Both the position numbers and the translations under genes were made by a program. The notes beneath the pieces were generated by a model. The model was not told the origin of the DNA, searched no databases, and was given only the letters and a program-made list of their open reading frames with translations. A stretch of DNA of 64,000 nucleotides, from positions 102,824-166,823 of the IMG/VR virus record IMGVR_UViG_3300028596_000009; one strand, 5' to 3'. The first letter of the stretch is position 1, and every line of letters starts with the position of its first letter. Positions 47,601 through 56,555 of the stretch are shown piece after piece. The stretch comes from a virus.

Positions 47601-48064
47601 GCGCGGGATGCGAAGAGTTCGGCCTTGGCTCGGCCACGGCTTACGAGGGTGGCCCACTTGTGGTCTCCGGATGCGACGACCTGGGTCTTGCGCCCGTCCG
47701 CCTCCAGTGTGATCCGGTAGCGGTCCTTGTGGTGAATCTCCGTGGTGGCCAGAACGAGGACGGGCTTTCCGTCCGATCCGTAGACCATGTCGCCGACGGA
47801 TATGTCACCCATCCGGCGGGGCCCTGAAGGTGTCGGTATGACAGTTTCGACATCAAGGGCCTTGCCGGTTCCGTGACATGAAGCGACCACGGTTCGCTTG
47901 TGGTTCACAACAGATTCGGCGATCTCGTTCTGCTTGCTCCAGAGGTGAACTCCCAGAACGTCGTGTGCCCATGCTTTCGGATCGCTCGCCCATACCGCCT
48001 GCTGTGCCTGACTGCGCAGCATCTCGGTCACGGAAGCGGCCACATCCCGGTCCGCTCTGCTCAC
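44648..48064 (-). CDS. terL: Terminase large subunit with two inteins
   Basis: LWSKQ Q-motif, CHGTGK|S Walker A, VLDEA|CG Walker B, IGNP, GVDVARFGAD nuclease, SPDFADA. Confidence 0.95.
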   Translation of the reverse strand: MSRADRDVAASVTEMLRSQAQQAVWASDPKAWAHDVLGVHLWSKQNEIAESVVNHKRTVVASCHGTGKALDVETVIPTPSGPRRMGDISVGDMVYGSDGKPVLVLATTEIHHKDRYRITLEADGRKTQVVASGDHKWATLVSRGRAKAELFASRASVKKVHFGAWHHLTQVFDTRALFSMTSRNMKFVIPGRIPRLERADHPWRAEFWVTDLLMSRGLCDDTGRPALRWVTHGTTQPDELTRVRESLAESGIHTLLHKRRHNASMTWTLSVCSPIAADLLPSENDRAVALNAALERQLDRYDPGPSGWEIVSVERIADGDVKCIQVNAFDHLFLCTEEGIPTHNSMIASVLACWWINTRPPGDAIVVSTAPTYAQVNKILWEEIRKHHATAQQRGFPMIGRVTQGDEWKSDSGQVLGFGRKPATGDRHAFHGIHRRYVLVVLDEACHDDQTEVMTEDGWKLFADLTGDERLLTMDQTTHEATYRKPQKIVKKPHTGPMYLYEAKGANFCVTPDHDMYFHGRSRNRDTAWRKTPMEELAGKTDKYMKKTISWTAPDQEKFELPEYASERKFFPARFVDMDDWMTFLGWYLSEGHLIKHRGQVYGIGISQQDDNVRQEIFDLAESLGFKPRNTGKQVHITDTQLGRHLAQFGDGCLVKRVPTYARMASARQIGMLLDSYLKGDGYWKQGQGIIYTSSPQMADDLQEMILKTGSPSVVRKRSLAGVESDFGTHIATSSVDGYVITRPREDSKIKFYPQNLKKIDYEGMVYCASVPPEAMLFTRRKGYTLWSGNCGVPEEIWTGVEAITTTEGCRILAIGNPDDRNTEFGKVYLKPEMADMWNRVSVPAASTPNFTGEPVPELLKDVLVSKLWCEQRLRAWGKDDPRYMSKVDAKFPEVSKSSLFPPAVISSAFDDVPMPGPHGTLRLGVDVARFGADQNVVVSYMNRTAKVEATWSGTDTTSSAHQVIRLAEELKEKFKASWVEIRVDAVGLGAGVVDTLNARLALLPEAWYSVYEMHGSASAPTDVGGSVHGYGNARAYWFDQLRQMLRNGSVKIMEHEQLKDDLAIIFYLFKNGKLYIMPKEEMRTKHGRSPDFADALAYATAPVASGPQIGDMYAESAHTMAEELEGFMDGDMMISPF
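45695..46729 (-). mobile_element. Intein (345 aa) with LAGLIDADG endonuclease at terminase Walker B
   Basis: DEA|CHDDQTEV...VTPDH...FLGWYLSEG...YLKGDG...VYC...SGN|CG. Confidence 0.9.
47033..47860 (-). mobile_element. Class 3 (Ala1, WCT) intein (276 aa) at terminase Walker A
   Basis: GK|ALDVET...DHKW...VKCIQV...PTHN|S. Confidence 0.88.
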
Positions 48065-48379
48065 ACTCCACCACCCCTACTGTTTCCAGTACTGCTTCCT
48101 TGCTTCCATGATCTGTCACAGGAAGCACTGCCTGTCGATGGAAGCGGGTGGAAGCGGGTTGACCTGGGGGTTTCCTCGGGAAAGGAAGCAGCGCCCGGCT
48201 GGATGAGCAGAGGGTTTCCTCGCGTTGGCGATGTTGCCATGTCGCGCTGCCGGGCGCTGTGGAAGTGACGAGGAAACAGTACACCCCAGGAAGCAGCGAC
48301 GACCCTCACCGGTTCGGCGGGGCCGTCGTGTCCTGCATTCGAAGTCCGACTTTCCCCTCAAGGAATGGCCCGGAATTCG

Positions 48380-49252
48380 TCAGTCCTTGCGTGCTTCGAG
48401 GGCGGCTATGCGCTGGGTCAGCTTGTCGATCTTGGTGTTCAGGTTGGTGATGAGGGTGTGCACCTGAACGAGGTAGCCGTACGCATCGGGGATGCGCTTG
48501 CCCGCCTCGATCGATTCCGCGTCGGCGTTCGCGTTGCGGTACGCCCAGAACTCGTAGGGCTCCATGTCGTTCTCCTCGGGGGTGGTCGGAGGGGTGGTCG
48601 GCTTCCCGGGGCTCCAGGAGGCCGGGTGGAGGAGACGCTCCTCGATACGGGTGCGCAGGCCCGGCATGGCCACGACGTCGCCCGGCCCCTTGGGGTCGGA
48701 CTTCCAGTCGGACCACTCCAGGTGACCGATGGTGGACTTGTGTGTCCAGCCGTGTGCCCGGCACAGAGCAGCCGACGCGCGGACCATCGCCTCGACCTGA
48801 GCGGCGGGCCACGGGTCCACGCCGTCGCCCAGGTTCTCGCACTCGAACCCGTAGAAGTGTGCGTTGCCGTCGGTCGCGCCGGACTCGCCGTCGTGCTTGT
48901 CAGGTGCGGGCGGGCGGGTGCCGTAGTCCTCGTTGATAACGGCGTTCAGTACGTCCGGATCTCCGCCACCCGCGTGGTTGGCGCGCCCATGGCCGACGAG
49001 GTGAACCGTTCCGTCACGACGGATGACGCCGTGGCAGAGCGGGCCGGGGAGGGTGCCGGTGCCGTTGAAGCACATCGACACGGCGGACATGGTCTTCGGG
49101 GTGACGGTGTGGTGGAGCATCACACCGTTCACCGGACCCCAGGCTCCCTTGTGGTTCCTGTTGTTGGTCTGCCAGCCGGGGGTCTCGATGACAGTGACGC
49201 CTTCGGCCCGGAGTGCGGAGAGCAGAACGGATGCGGTCAGCGGAGTGCTCAT
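48380..49252 (-). CDS. Endolysin, N-acetylmuramoyl-L-alanine amidase (Amidase_2)
   Basis: VMLHHT, GRANHAG, YGFECEN, IGHLEW...KSDP. Confidence 0.92.
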   Translation of the reverse strand: MSTPLTASVLLSALRAEGVTVIETPGWQTNNRNHKGAWGPVNGVMLHHTVTPKTMSAVSMCFNGTGTLPGPLCHGVIRRDGTVHLVGHGRANHAGGGDPDVLNAVINEDYGTRPPAPDKHDGESGATDGNAHFYGFECENLGDGVDPWPAAQVEAMVRASAALCRAHGWTHKSTIGHLEWSDWKSDPKGPGDVVAMPGLRTRIEERLLHPASWSPGKPTTPPTTPEENDMEPYEFWAYRNANADAESIEAGKRIPDAYGYLVQVHTLITNLNTKIDKLTQRIAALEARKD

Positions 49253-49338
49253 ATCAACACCCTACTGATGGTGGGCCTCTGGTCAGGGATTACCTTTACG
49301 GCCGAATAATCGTGGAATTTTGCTGGCATCATCGATCC

Positions 49339-49710
49339 ATGAGGAACCAGTACCCGGAGAGCTGCGTGGTTTGCCGCACTGAAGTCCTCCCTGGACGCGG
49401 GGAAGTGACTTGGTTGGGCGACCGGATCGTTTTCTACCACTTGGGCTCGTGCCCTCGTACTCCGCAGACCGAGGAGTGCGCCCGCCTGCGCGCGGTCTAC
49501 GTCGGCCACATGCTGGAGTCGGAGGACACCAGCAGGAAAGACCTCGTCGATTCGGTTTCCAAGCTGGCCATCATGGTGAAAAGTGGCTGGCTCGATGTCA
49601 GGAAATGCGAACTGAAAATCCTCGAATGTGCGGCCACCAAGGATCTTGACCGGCTGGACGTCGAGATGCTCATCACGGACTGTCTGATCCGTCAGTCCGT
49701 CCGTCGCTGA
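49339..49710 (+). CDS. Hypothetical protein with N-terminal CxxC...H..C motif
   Basis: First gene divergent from the lysin. Confidence 0.6.
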   Translation: MRNQYPESCVVCRTEVLPGRGEVTWLGDRIVFYHLGSCPRTPQTEECARLRAVYVGHMLESEDTSRKDLVDSVSKLAIMVKSGWLDVRKCELKILECAATKDLDRLDVEMLITDCLIRQSVRR

Positions 49711-50102
49711 GCTGGCGTCCACGCATCGCCCGGCCCCAGTCGGATCGCTGGATGTCGTCCATGGATATCTGCCTGTCCGTCGACAGACCTGCGGCATCCA
49801 GCATCTTCAGCAGCATGGCTGCTGCGTAACGACGGTCTTCTGCTCTTGCGTTCCCGAACGAACGCTTCCTCTCCGTGTACACCTTGCGTACGACGTAGTC
49901 CGCGATGGCCACACGCGCCCGGTGGCGGCATGCCAGACACTCCCCGCACGACTGATCGCCGCAGTTTTCCTTGCGGGGGAGAGAGAAACTTCGCTGCGGA
50001 GTACTCAGGTTCACGTTGGCCTTCCTGGTTGTATGCTCGCCGGGAAGTCGTAGGACCGACCCCGGATCCATCGTGTGGTCGGCACACCGATGGAGGCTTG
50101 AC

Positions 50103-50597
50103 GTGGTCCACCTTCCCAGAGTTCTGCGGATGATCCGAGACCTTGATGTGTCCGGGGTCTCGGGCACCGGAGTCGTTGCCGAGGTCGCCGTGTTCAGTGA
50201 CGGGCACGCTGCCGTGCACTGGCTGAGCGACTACCCCACGACCACCCCACACCCCTCCATGGCTTCCGTCGAGCACATACACGGACACGGTGGATCGACC
50301 CGGCTCGTGGAGATCGACGAGAAGGACGCGGTCATCGCGAAGCTCCAGGCCGAGATCAAGGAGCTGAAGTCCCGCAACGGTGGCTGGGAGGCGATGATGG
50401 CCGACCTCGACCGATGCCGTCACGGACGGCACGAGATCGATCCGTGCGCGTTCTGCCCTCCGTCGGGCAACACCGGCAACCCCCATCTGAAGGAGGGGGA
50501 CGTCATCGGCTACACCGTGTACGCCAAGCCCATCAAGGTCCCCGCCGTGGAGGACCGTATTCACCCTGGAAAGTGGAGGCCGTCTCGCCGTGGATGA
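50103..50597 (+). CDS. Phage hypothetical protein
   Basis: GGAGG RBS; DVSGVSGTGVVAE...FSDG...HGHGG.T motif seen in actinophage proteins. Confidence 0.75.
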   Translation: MVHLPRVLRMIRDLDVSGVSGTGVVAEVAVFSDGHAAVHWLSDYPTTTPHPSMASVEHIHGHGGSTRLVEIDEKDAVIAKLQAEIKELKSRNGGWEAMMADLDRCRHGRHEIDPCAFCPPSGNTGNPHLKEGDVIGYTVYAKPIKVPAVEDRIHPGKWRPSRRG

Positions 50598-51066
50598 AGT
50601 ACTGGTACGAAAGGTCGCGGAGACGCTCTCCCTGCATGCGGGGTCGGCGGCGTTCCTCGGCGCCTCGCCGGAGAACGTGTGCGAGCAGGAGTCGTGGAAG
50701 GACCATGCCAGGGCCGCGCTGACGGCGGTGGAGCAGGTGCTGCTGTGCAACGACACCGTTCTGCGTGCGGCGTCGGATCTGAGCGAGGAGGCACTGAACC
50801 TCCTGGGCCGTGATCTCGGAACGATGCATGTCGAGCAGCTCGTCCGTAAGACCCTGCTGTCCGCGCTGGGCACCGACGAGGCGTCCGTGTACGACCGGCA
50901 TCTCAAGTCGCCGCTGTCGGCCGAGGCCATCAAGGGGATCCGGCAGGCCCTGGCCGAGGGGAGGGTTCCCCGCCGGAAGGTGCCGAGGCGTGAGGAGGAG
51001 GCGCAGGGGGCTGCGTTCCAGGAGATGGTGCAACTGGACGAGGAGCTGGGCTTGTACGACAAGTAG
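50590..51066 (+). CDS. Hypothetical protein
   Basis: GGAGG RBS, codon bias. Confidence 0.7.
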   Translation: MDEVLVRKVAETLSLHAGSAAFLGASPENVCEQESWKDHARAALTAVEQVLLCNDTVLRAASDLSEEALNLLGRDLGTMHVEQLVRKTLLSALGTDEASVYDRHLKSPLSAEAIKGIRQALAEGRVPRRKVPRREEEAQGAAFQEMVQLDEELGLYDK

Positions 51067-51090
51067 CCCCTCACCTGCTGATTCTCCGTC

Positions 51091-51128
51091 AACGAGCGGC
51101 CCCATGGATCCAGTTGGGGCCGCTCGTT
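51091..51128. terminator. Stem-loop, probable terminator
   Basis: AACGAGCGGCCCCA / TGGGGCCGCTCGTT 14-bp inverted repeat. Confidence 0.7.
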
Positions 51129-51206
51129 CGCGTTCGGGGGTTGCGCCGTTCGGGGATCTCGTAGATGATGGCCAAGAACTGAGAATTCCTGGAAAGGGGA
51201 AAGTTC

Positions 51207-51635
51207 ATGGACTTCGTCTCGGGCGCCCTCGCGCTCTCCCTCCTCGGAGGCGGTACCGTCGTCGCGGTGACCGTCCCCAACATGGGTCCGGACTGCAACA
51301 CCCGCTTCGAGATGCGCGCCGATGGCGTCGCCCAGGTCACGCGATGTGACGGCGTGATCCAGAAGGCGACCCCCGCGCAGATCATCGCCAAGGCGGCCAA
51401 GGGCACCGGCGGCCTCGTCTTCCGTGACGAGCAGGGCAACGACCTCGGCTCCGGCATCGGCGAGAACCAGTCGTTCATCTTCGTCAACTGCGGCCCGGAG
51501 AACTCCGGCCTTATCAGCGTGTACCAGATGGACACCGCGTCCGACGACAACATCGGCGGCGGCTGGGGCGGCCTCTACACCGGCTACGTGAAGAAGAAGT
51601 TCACGGAGAACCCGTCCGACTATCCCTGCAACTGA
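51207..51635 (+). CDS. Exported/membrane-anchored small protein with four Cys
   Basis: Hydrophobic N-terminus, strong RBS and codon bias. Confidence 0.7.
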   Translation: MDFVSGALALSLLGGGTVVAVTVPNMGPDCNTRFEMRADGVAQVTRCDGVIQKATPAQIIAKAAKGTGGLVFRDEQGNDLGSGIGENQSFIFVNCGPENSGLISVYQMDTASDDNIGGGWGGLYTGYVKKKFTENPSDYPCN

Positions 51636-51654
51636 GCGGAAGGAAGTGGACTCG

Positions 51655-53510
51655 ATGGAGCACACGCGGAGCGCCTACCTGCGTTTCACTTCGGCCGAGC
51701 TGAAGGAGAGGCTGGCCGATTACAACAAGGCTGTTCAGATCCTGCCCAACGAGAAGACCCGCGACAGCATGCACCAGATGATGAACGTCATGATCGACAT
51801 TCTGAAGGAGCGCAACGAGCTGTGAAGATCCACATCAGGGACTTCGACCACAGCAAGCTGGTCACCCTTCCCTCGTACGCCAAGGCGGTCGAGGCGATCA
51901 AGAACCTCATGCTCGACGTGACGGAAGCAACCACCGACTGGGGTCTGAGCGAGGACCGGAACTTCCTTGGCGAGATTGTGGCCGCAGCAAAGTACATGGA
52001 CTACTGCGCGAACTGCGCGAAGTCTGGCGACGTGGGGCGTGTGGAGAGCTGCTGCATTCCGCGTGCCGTGTGTTTGAAGGAGTCGCACGCCCACTACGAG
52101 TGTTCGGTGTGCAGCTACGCGTGGACGTGCAGTTGGAGGTTCGACAAGTGAAGTTCCACCCCCGCATGGAAGACGTCCAGGTCGCCAGGAACGACAAGGG
52201 CGACCACATCGGCTGGATCGGGAAGCTCGGCGACGGCTACACCTGGGTCGTCCCGTCCCTCGACGAGCCGGACGTGGTTCCGGCCCCCTTCGGTCTGATG
52301 AGCGTCAGCTCCCACACCGGCGACGGGAACTTCGAGACCCGCGAAGCTGCCCACCGCATGCTCACCGGCATGTACGAGCGGCCCGAACTGTACGGCTTCA
52401 CCCGAGAGAACTGGGCAGCACTGTGACCCTCAGCAACGAGAAGCTCGACATCCGGCCCAAGCCCGAGAGCACCGAGAGCACCTCGCAGGACACCACCGTC
52501 TACGACGGGGACCGGGGTGGCTGGTACCCGCCCGGCGAGTCGAAGGAGAAGTGAAGATGGGCAACGACGACGTCTCCGTCAAGGGGCGCGTGTTCAACGC
52601 CCTTGGCGCCTACTTGACCGACAACCGGGAGATGCTGGTCGAACTCCTCCTGAACCCGGACGACGATGACGTGGCCGAGGCCCAGGGAGTGATCGACGAC
52701 CTCGGCCACGAACTCATCCGGCGCTTCATGTCGATGGGCTCCGAGGAGTCGGCGTGATCGGCAAGGACGGGTCGGTCATCAGGTTCACCGACATCGAACT
52801 GCTTCCGTCCGACTGGCCGAGCTGCGCCGACGAGAAGCTGACGCGCATGTTCTGCGCCGAGTGCCGTGGCGTCGCGGGCCTCTTGTGTAACTGGTGCGCC
52901 GACACCGGTTACCGGACCAAGGACAGCCACTTCGTGAAGTGCGAGGACGACTGGCACAAGGGGGAGGCATGAGCAACTTCATCGACCGGAACCGCCTCAC
53001 GGAAGTAATGGCCCAGACTGCGCAGATGGCCAGCGACATTCTGCTCAACAAGACCGAGAAGATGGTGGAAGTCCTCAACCTGCGGACCGAGGCCGAGCAG
53101 GATGTCGTCCGGCAGACCATCGAGATCATCGTGAACGATCTGCGCGACCGGGCCGCTGTACTCAGAGAGGAGCGAGAATGACCGAACACCGCAAGCCGAT
53201 CGCGGTCGGCGACATGGTCCACGAGTTCGCCCAGGGGTTCTTCGGCCGCGACAGCTACAACTGCATGCAGGTCGTGGAGACCGGACCGGACTGGATTCTG
53301 GTCCAGTCGGCGGAAGGTGAGAACGAGCGGGTCGAGGGCTTCGACCGCCTCATCAAGTTCATGGAACTGCGCGACTTCCAGGCTCGCGAGGGATGCCCGT
53401 ACGACCAGCGGAACGTCAACTGGAACGAAGACGGCTGGTGCCACTTCAAGAGCGCCGTACAGCTCACCGAAGGCGGACCCCCCCTCCTTCCGCCCAAGAT
53501 CCCGTGGTGA
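51655..53510 (+). CDS. Run of small coupled hypothetical genes: 51655-51825, 51822-52151, 52148-52426, 52423-52554, 52551-52757, 52754-52972, 52969-53181, 53178-53510
   Basis: Successive GTGA/ATGA overlaps, RBSs, high GC3; several with CxxC pairs. Confidence 0.7.
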
Positions 53511-53878
53511 CCCCGTACGTCCGCGAGGGCGACTCCGACATGTTCCGCCGAGCTGTGCATCTCGTCGTAGGGGCGCAGCTCGGCGCGGTCACCTTCATCC
53601 AGCGAAGGCTCCGGATCCGCTTCGTCGAGGCCAAGGCTCTGCTCGACGAGATGACGGCCCGGGGCATCACCGGACCCGAATACGGCTCATTCGCACGGAA
53701 GGTGCTCATCAAGGAGTGCCAGCAGTGCGGCCGGGTCGGCAAGACCCGCTACATGGTGGTCCCGGCCACCGAGCACGACACGTTCCGCCAGGAAGTCGGC
53801 ATGGACCCGATCTGGATGTGCTCCAGCCGGACCGCCTGCCGCAAGCGCTGGCCCAAGACGAACGAGGTGGACGAATGA
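53507..53878 (+). CDS. Stand-alone FtsK-gamma winged-helix domain plus C-terminal zinc finger
   Basis: DMFRRAVHLVV...FIQRRLRIRF..A..LLDEM..RGITGP..GS..RKVL; CQQC...C....AC. Confidence 0.8.
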   Translation: MTPYVREGDSDMFRRAVHLVVGAQLGAVTFIQRRLRIRFVEAKALLDEMTARGITGPEYGSFARKVLIKECQQCGRVGKTRYMVVPATEHDTFRQEVGMDPIWMCSSRTACRKRWPKTNEVDE

Positions 53879-55775
53879 CCCTCATCGACCCGAGCAAGCC
53901 GTACGGGCTCAACCACTACCTGGCGACGACCCCTGCGCCGGAAGGGGCGAAGAACTTCCCCTCGGCGATCAGTATCTACTGCGACGCCTGCGGTATCACG
54001 CAGACCGCCGACTACGTGGTCAACGACCACATGACCCGGTTCGAGCGCTTCCAGGTCGCCCGCAACTACCTGAACGCCGAAGCGGGCTGGCAGTGCAACG
54101 AGGAGGCCGACCTGTGCTCCCGCTGCGCGAGCGGTGACCAGTGAGGTACTCCGACAAGTTCGTCCACTCCCACCACCCGTACGCCATCGACTACGCGTCG
54201 CTGCGATGGGAGGGGGAGTGGGGTCACATAGGGGCCCTGTGGTTCCGCAGGAAGCACGGCATCGCCACGGTGCACATCGGCGGCCTGCGGAACCTCACCC
54301 ACCTGAGGACGACCGACCCGGTCTCCTTCCTGGAGGAGTTCACCGCTGGTGAGCACAGCGGGTACTGCACCGCACGCTGGGACGGTGAGAACTACCTGGG
54401 CCCGAAGGACCCTGAGCTGATGGCCGCGAACCTGGAGATCCTGCGTCCCGCGCTGGACGGCTTCCTGTGCCGGAAGTTCGAGCAAACCCCGTGGATACCG
54501 GAGAACTACACCGGCTGGTGGATGTTCCGACAGTCGAGGAGGAAGTCGTGAAGGACGAACCGACCGAAGGAAAGTGCGGTCGCTGCAAGCAGACCAGGCA
54601 CCTGTTCCGGTACAAGCCGAAGCACGACTGCGTCGAGGCCATCGGCACCGTCGACCTGATCGACGCCTTCACGCACATCGCCTCGATCGGTGACAACGGT
54701 GACCACTGGTGCATGAGCAAGATCGAACGGTACCCGCAGCGGCTGATGGTGTGCACGACGTGCTTCCAGAAGGAAGTCGTCGAGGAGGAGCACCTTATCG
54801 AGAACGTGCTGGAGGGCTGATGAACACGGGACTGAAGGAACTGATCCGGTTCGTTGTCGAGGCGATCGAGGAGGACGTCGACTCCTCGCCTTCGGAGAGG
54901 GCCATGCGCAAGCAGTTCGTGAACCTCGCGCTCTCGCTGTCGTACGGCCTGGAGGGTGAGTGCGTGCCTCACATCATCGACACCCAGCGCAAGATGTTCA
55001 TCGTGCTGGCCAGCGTGTACGCCAACCGTCCCGGTGGCCGGGAAGTTCTGATCAATGCGGAAAGGTAACCCGATGAAGACCACGACCAGGGTCCGTCTGT
55101 ACGGCGGCAGGGTCGTTCACGAGGCGGCTCCGGCGGAGGTGATAGGCGGGCACTACACGACCTGCCTGACCTACCTGTCGGAGGGTGCGATCAACAACTG
55201 GATGCCGGACGCGACGCCGATCTCCTGCGTCCGCTGCCTGCGGATCAAGAAGCGTGTGCAGTGAACCGCGACTACCTGAACAGGGTGCCGGGCGAGGAGC
55301 GGGTGCACATCGAGTTCCTGCCCGTGGACGTGGCCGAAGTGCTGGCCGACCTGAAAAACGCACCGGCCCTGACCGCGCGTACCCGGCGCCTGGTCCAGAT
55401 CCTCGAAGAGGTCGACGTCCTCTTCACCGGAAAGGAGTGAACATGGAAGAGAAGCTGCCTCGGATGATCACCGACTTCCGCGAGCTGGCACCGTACATCG
55501 AGAAGAAGTCCGAGCACTGGCAGGCGTGGTGGGATGGCTTTGACGGCTGGGATGGCTACGTCGCCTACACGACCCTCGACTCCGCCATGCGCTGCTCGGT
55601 CGAGCACTATATGCGGGAAGAGTACTCCTGGGACCACGACGATCCGGACGAGGACGCGCCGGACACCAAGTTCCAATGGCAGTTGGAGCACGGTCGCTGG
55701 TACCTGCTCGACGGTGAGCGCGGTACCGGTGTCCAGCTCTACCGGGTCACCGTGTACGGGCCGGGGGCGTCGTGA
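53875..55775 (+). CDS. Run of small hypothetical genes: 53875-54144, 54141-54551, 54548-54820, 54820-55068, 55073-55264, 55261-55440, 55443-55775
   Basis: Translational coupling, RBSs, codon bias. Confidence 0.7.
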
Positions 55776-56146
55776 ACAACAAGAGCTGTGTCTTCTGCCG
55801 GATCATCGTTGGCATGGAGAAGGCCAAGTGGGTCATCGATCCGGACCACTGGGTGGACGCCGTGGCTTTCGTTCCGCTGAACCCGGTGACCGAGGGGCAT
55901 GTGCTGGTGGTGCCGAAGGAGCACACGCCCGACTTCGCCGCCGACCCGGAGATTTTCGCGAAGACCGCACGGCGTGCCGGTGAGCTGATGCGGTGGTCTC
56001 CGCGCCCGATGAACCTGATCACGTCACGGGGCCGGGAGGCGACGCAGAGCGTCTTCCACCTGCACCTTCACCTGGTGCCGCGTGCGGAGAACGATGGGCT
56101 GGCGCTTCCCTGGTACAGCGGCAAGGGGAAGAAGCGTGACCACTGA
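55772..56146 (+). CDS. HIT family nucleotide hydrolase
   Basis: CVFCRI, GHVLVVPKEH, QSVFHLHLHLVPR. Confidence 0.9.
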   Translation: MNNKSCVFCRIIVGMEKAKWVIDPDHWVDAVAFVPLNPVTEGHVLVVPKEHTPDFAADPEIFAKTARRAGELMRWSPRPMNLITSRGREATQSVFHLHLHLVPRAENDGLALPWYSGKGKKRDH

Positions 56147-56552
56147 GGACGGCTACCTGGCCCGGCGGACCAGGAACATCCTGGACGCCTACGCGAACTA
56201 CGCGACGAAGTGCCAGAGCGGGGCTGCCGCTCTGAATCCGGAGGAGATCCTGTCGTTCGCCAGGACGTCGCTGACGAAGACGGACTTCGTGCACGGCATG
56301 AGCCTGAACGTGATCCTGTCGGAGTTCAAGAACGGCGACGAGACTTCGTGGAACGAGGAGTTCGACTGGATCACCACGAACAACGAGGACAACCTGAACC
56401 GGGTGATTCAGGGCGTGAAGCTCGGCACGATGCCTCCTGTGGAGCTGTGCTTCGCGGAGATGCGCGTCATCGACGGGCATCACCGGATCCTGGCTCACTC
56501 TGCGCTGGGCCTGGAGATGATTCCGGTCTGCGACGCATGGTCGAAGGGATAG
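56136..56552 (+). CDS. ParB/Srx-like domain protein
   Basis: VIDGHHRILA...LG...IPV. Confidence 0.7.
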   Translation: MTTEDGYLARRTRNILDAYANYATKCQSGAAALNPEEILSFARTSLTKTDFVHGMSLNVILSEFKNGDETSWNEEFDWITTNNEDNLNRVIQGVKLGTMPPVELCFAEMRVIDGHHRILAHSALGLEMIPVCDAWSKG

Positions 56553-56555
56553 AGG

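Noticed and set aside
48061-48240. 59-aa minus-strand ORF overlapping the terminase start as the small terminase
   Set aside because: Atypical codon usage and no helical or HTH character; more likely non-coding, though a leader peptide is not excluded
49673-50167. Minus-strand ORF with CGECLAC
   Set aside because: Fills a gap and may be real, but the start is unclear and it overlaps neighbours; support too weak to call
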